NCBI GenBank assembly: GCA_035542855.1
Contig: DATKKM010000062.1
Location: 1-61,873 of the forward strand
Direction: 5' to 3'
From: Dehalococcoidia bacterium
GTDB taxonomy: Bacteria > Chloroflexota > Dehalococcoidia > SM23-28-2 > RBG-16-64-32
DNA length: 61,873 nucleotides
A model generated the notes under the pieces. That model was not told the DNA's origin and made no database searches. It saw nothing but the letters and a program-made list of their open reading frames with translations. A program made the position numbers and the translations under genes. Positions within the stretch are counted from its first letter, which is position 1, and the number at the start of each line of letters is the position of its first letter. Shown in pieces: positions 60,248-61,873 of the stretch.

Positions 60248-61006
60248 TTGTCACGCGCTATGAATGTGCGTGACAGGGTGGCCCTCGTTACCGGCGCGTC
60301 CTCCGGGATCGGGCTGGCGACGGCACGCCTGCTGTCCGCGAAAGGCGCCAGGGTAGCCCTTGCCGCGCGTTCGAAAGACACGCTCGATGCGATTTCGCAG
60401 GAGCTCCCCGGTTCGCTGCCCGTTCCTTGCGACGTGACATATCCAGCGCAAGTCACGGCGATGGTTCGGCTTGCCGAGGAGCGCTTTGGCCGGATCGATA
60501 TCCTCGTCAACAGCGCAGGCCAGGGCTACGACGCGACGATTGAAGAAACGGACCTTGCGCAGTTCCAGCGCCTCTTCGACCTGTACCTCGCGGGGCCCCT
60601 GGTCGCGATGCAGGCGGTGATCCCGGCCATGCGCCGCCGCGGCGAAGGCGCCATCGTCAACATCGCCTCCGGCTCCGCGCTCATGCACTTACCCGGGATG
60701 GGCGCCTACGCCGCCGTGAAAGCCGCGCTTGCCCACCTCAGCCTGACGGCAAGGGAGGAGCTGAAGGACGACGGCATCACGGTGAGCGTCGTCTATCCGT
60801 ACGTCACCCTCACAAACTTCGATCGCAATACGATCACCGAGGGCGGCGGCGGAGAAGAGCCGGTGGGCGAGCAGCCGGGCGGCTCGTTCGACTACCTTCC
60901 GCATCCACCTGACACGCCGGAGTTCCTCGCCGAGAAGATCGTCGAAGGAATTGAGCGGGGCGCGGCAGAGATTATCCCCCACGAATGGATGAAGCCGGGG
61001 GCCTAG
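60248..61006 (+). CDS. Short-chain dehydrogenase/reductase (classical SDR)
   Basis: VTGASSGIGLATA, NSAG, YAAVKAAL (YxxxK). The start may be ATG 60260. Confidence 0.88.
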   Translation: MSRAMNVRDRVALVTGASSGIGLATARLLSAKGARVALAARSKDTLDAISQELPGSLPVPCDVTYPAQVTAMVRLAEERFGRIDILVNSAGQGYDATIEETDLAQFQRLFDLYLAGPLVAMQAVIPAMRRRGEGAIVNIASGSALMHLPGMGAYAAVKAALAHLSLTAREELKDDGITVSVVYPYVTLTNFDRNTITEGGGGEEPVGEQPGGSFDYLPHPPDTPEFLAEKIVEGIERGAAEIIPHEWMKPGA

Positions 61007-61020
61007 CGCGAACTACAGCT

Positions 61021-61873
61021 TCACGCGGCGAAGCCTTCGCCGGAAGCCATGTAAACGTTGCGGTAGTACTGCAGCATCATTCGCTGCGCGCTGAAGAACG
61101 AGCCGTTGATGCTGATCGCGCTGCGCATGACGGCAGCGTACTGCGTTGGCTGGCGATAAAACATCGGCGTGATTGCGTACTCCAGCTTGTCGTACATGGA
61201 GGCGATCTCGGTGCGTTCCTCGCTGGGGTTCTCATCGCCGATCGCCCAGCCGGTCGCGCCTTCCACCCAGCCCTCGATCCACCAGCCGTCCAGGACGCTG
61301 AGGCTGGGCACGCCGTTCATCGCCGCCTTCATGCCACTGGTCCCGGACGCCTCCAGCGGCTTCTGCGGGTTGTTCAGCCAGAGGTCCACGCCGGAGCAGA
61401 GGTAGTGGGCCACCCCCATGTCGTAGTCCTCTACGTACGTTACCTTGATGGCGTCCCGCAGCTCCTTCGCCGATGCGAAGATCTGGGCGATGATCTGTTT
61501 GCCGGTCTCGTCCTTGGGGTGCGCCTTGCCGGAGTAGATCACCTGCAGCGGCCCCACCCGGTTCACGATGCCGCGCAGGCGGTCCAGGTCTGAGAACAGC
61601 AGGTCGCCGCGCTTGTAGCCCGTGGCACGCCGCGCAAACCCGATGGTGAGCGCCGCAGGGTCCAGCTTCACCTTTCGCCGACGTTCCACTTCGGCCAGCA
61701 GCGCAGCCTTCGCCTCCATGTGCGCCTGGCGCACCTCGTCTGCCGGGATGCCCGTGGCGTAGCGCAGGTAGTTGGTGTCGCGGCGCCAGCCTGACATGTG
61801 CTTATCGAACAGGCGCTGGAACGGCTCGGACACCCAGGTGCCGGCGTGGACGCCGTTCGTGATCGCGCCGATG
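61021..61873 (-). CDS. Alpha-glucan (glycogen/maltodextrin) phosphorylase, GT35, C-terminal part; 5' end lies beyond the window
   Basis: PLEASGTSGMKAAMNGVPSLSVLDGWWIEG (PLP-Lys block). The reading frame stays open to the window edge. Confidence 0.85.
   Translation of the reverse strand, partial: IGAITNGVHAGTWVSEPFQRLFDKHMSGWRRDTNYLRYATGIPADEVRQAHMEAKAALLAEVERRRKVKLDPAALTIGFARRATGYKRGDLLFSDLDRLRGIVNRVGPLQVIYSGKAHPKDETGKQIIAQIFASAKELRDAIKVTYVEDYDMGVAHYLCSGVDLWLNNPQKPLEASGTSGMKAAMNGVPSLSVLDGWWIEGWVEGATGWAIGDENPSEERTEIASMYDKLEYAITPMFYRQPTQYAAVMRSAISINGSFFSAQRMMLQYYRNVYMASGEGFAA

Noticed and set aside
59949-60254. 101-aa minus-strand ORF between the unknown protein and the SDR gene.
   Set aside because: It overlaps the plus-strand 70-aa ORF, which has stronger third-position GC bias. 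It has no RBS or motif, and its composition is that of a shadow ORF.

Overview
This is a gene-dense, high-GC bacterial window, roughly two-thirds G+C by eye. Codon usage and gene content suggest Chloroflexota or Actinomycetota, but the taxon cannot be fixed from sequence alone. No transposases, integrases, rRNA genes or CRISPR arrays were seen. All family calls come from motif recognition by eye; no database search was possible.

**1. Surface-glycan/matrix locus, about 45 kb (371-45623).**
- Regulators: three response regulators (one with a degenerate receiver) and one membrane histidine kinase.
- Nucleotide-sugar genes: Ugd, a UDP-GlcA decarboxylase, a GalE-like epimerase, an SDR-aminotransferase fusion, a WecD-like N-acetyltransferase, and a plant-type GT75/RGP-like mutase.
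- Assembly genes: a phosphoglycosyl transferase, a Wzz-like protein with a separate BY-kinase-like ATPase, and a Wzy-like polymerase.
- Nine further glycosyltransferases: GT2 x3, GT4 x5, GT26 x1.
- Decoration genes: two FkbM methyltransferases and a hexapeptide acetyltransferase.
- Secreted proteins: two giant repeat proteins (2422 and 1879 aa) and two dockerin-tagged proteins, one of them a PA14-GH5 enzyme.

**2. Lasso-peptide gene cluster (45583-52481), all on the minus strand.** It encodes a PqqD-like B1, a B2 protease, an Asn-synthetase-like cyclase, an HPr-kinase-like kinase, an ABC exporter pair and an NTP_transf_5 protein. Its 55-aa precursor (49666-49833) is absent from the ORF track and was found by hand translation.

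**3. Two tandem paralogous membrane-anchored cohesin-like proteins (52781-55225).** One also carries a dockerin. They are candidate partners for the dockerin proteins in the glycan locus.

**4. tRNA-Leu(GAG) and tRNA-Cys(GCA) with a clean terminator, followed by housekeeping-like genes.**

**Recurring upstream motif.** A direct repeat of TCAACC-like hexamers, mostly at 11-bp periodicity, lies 52-81 nt upstream of six operon start codons. I propose it as the binding site of the locus-encoded OmpR-type regulators.
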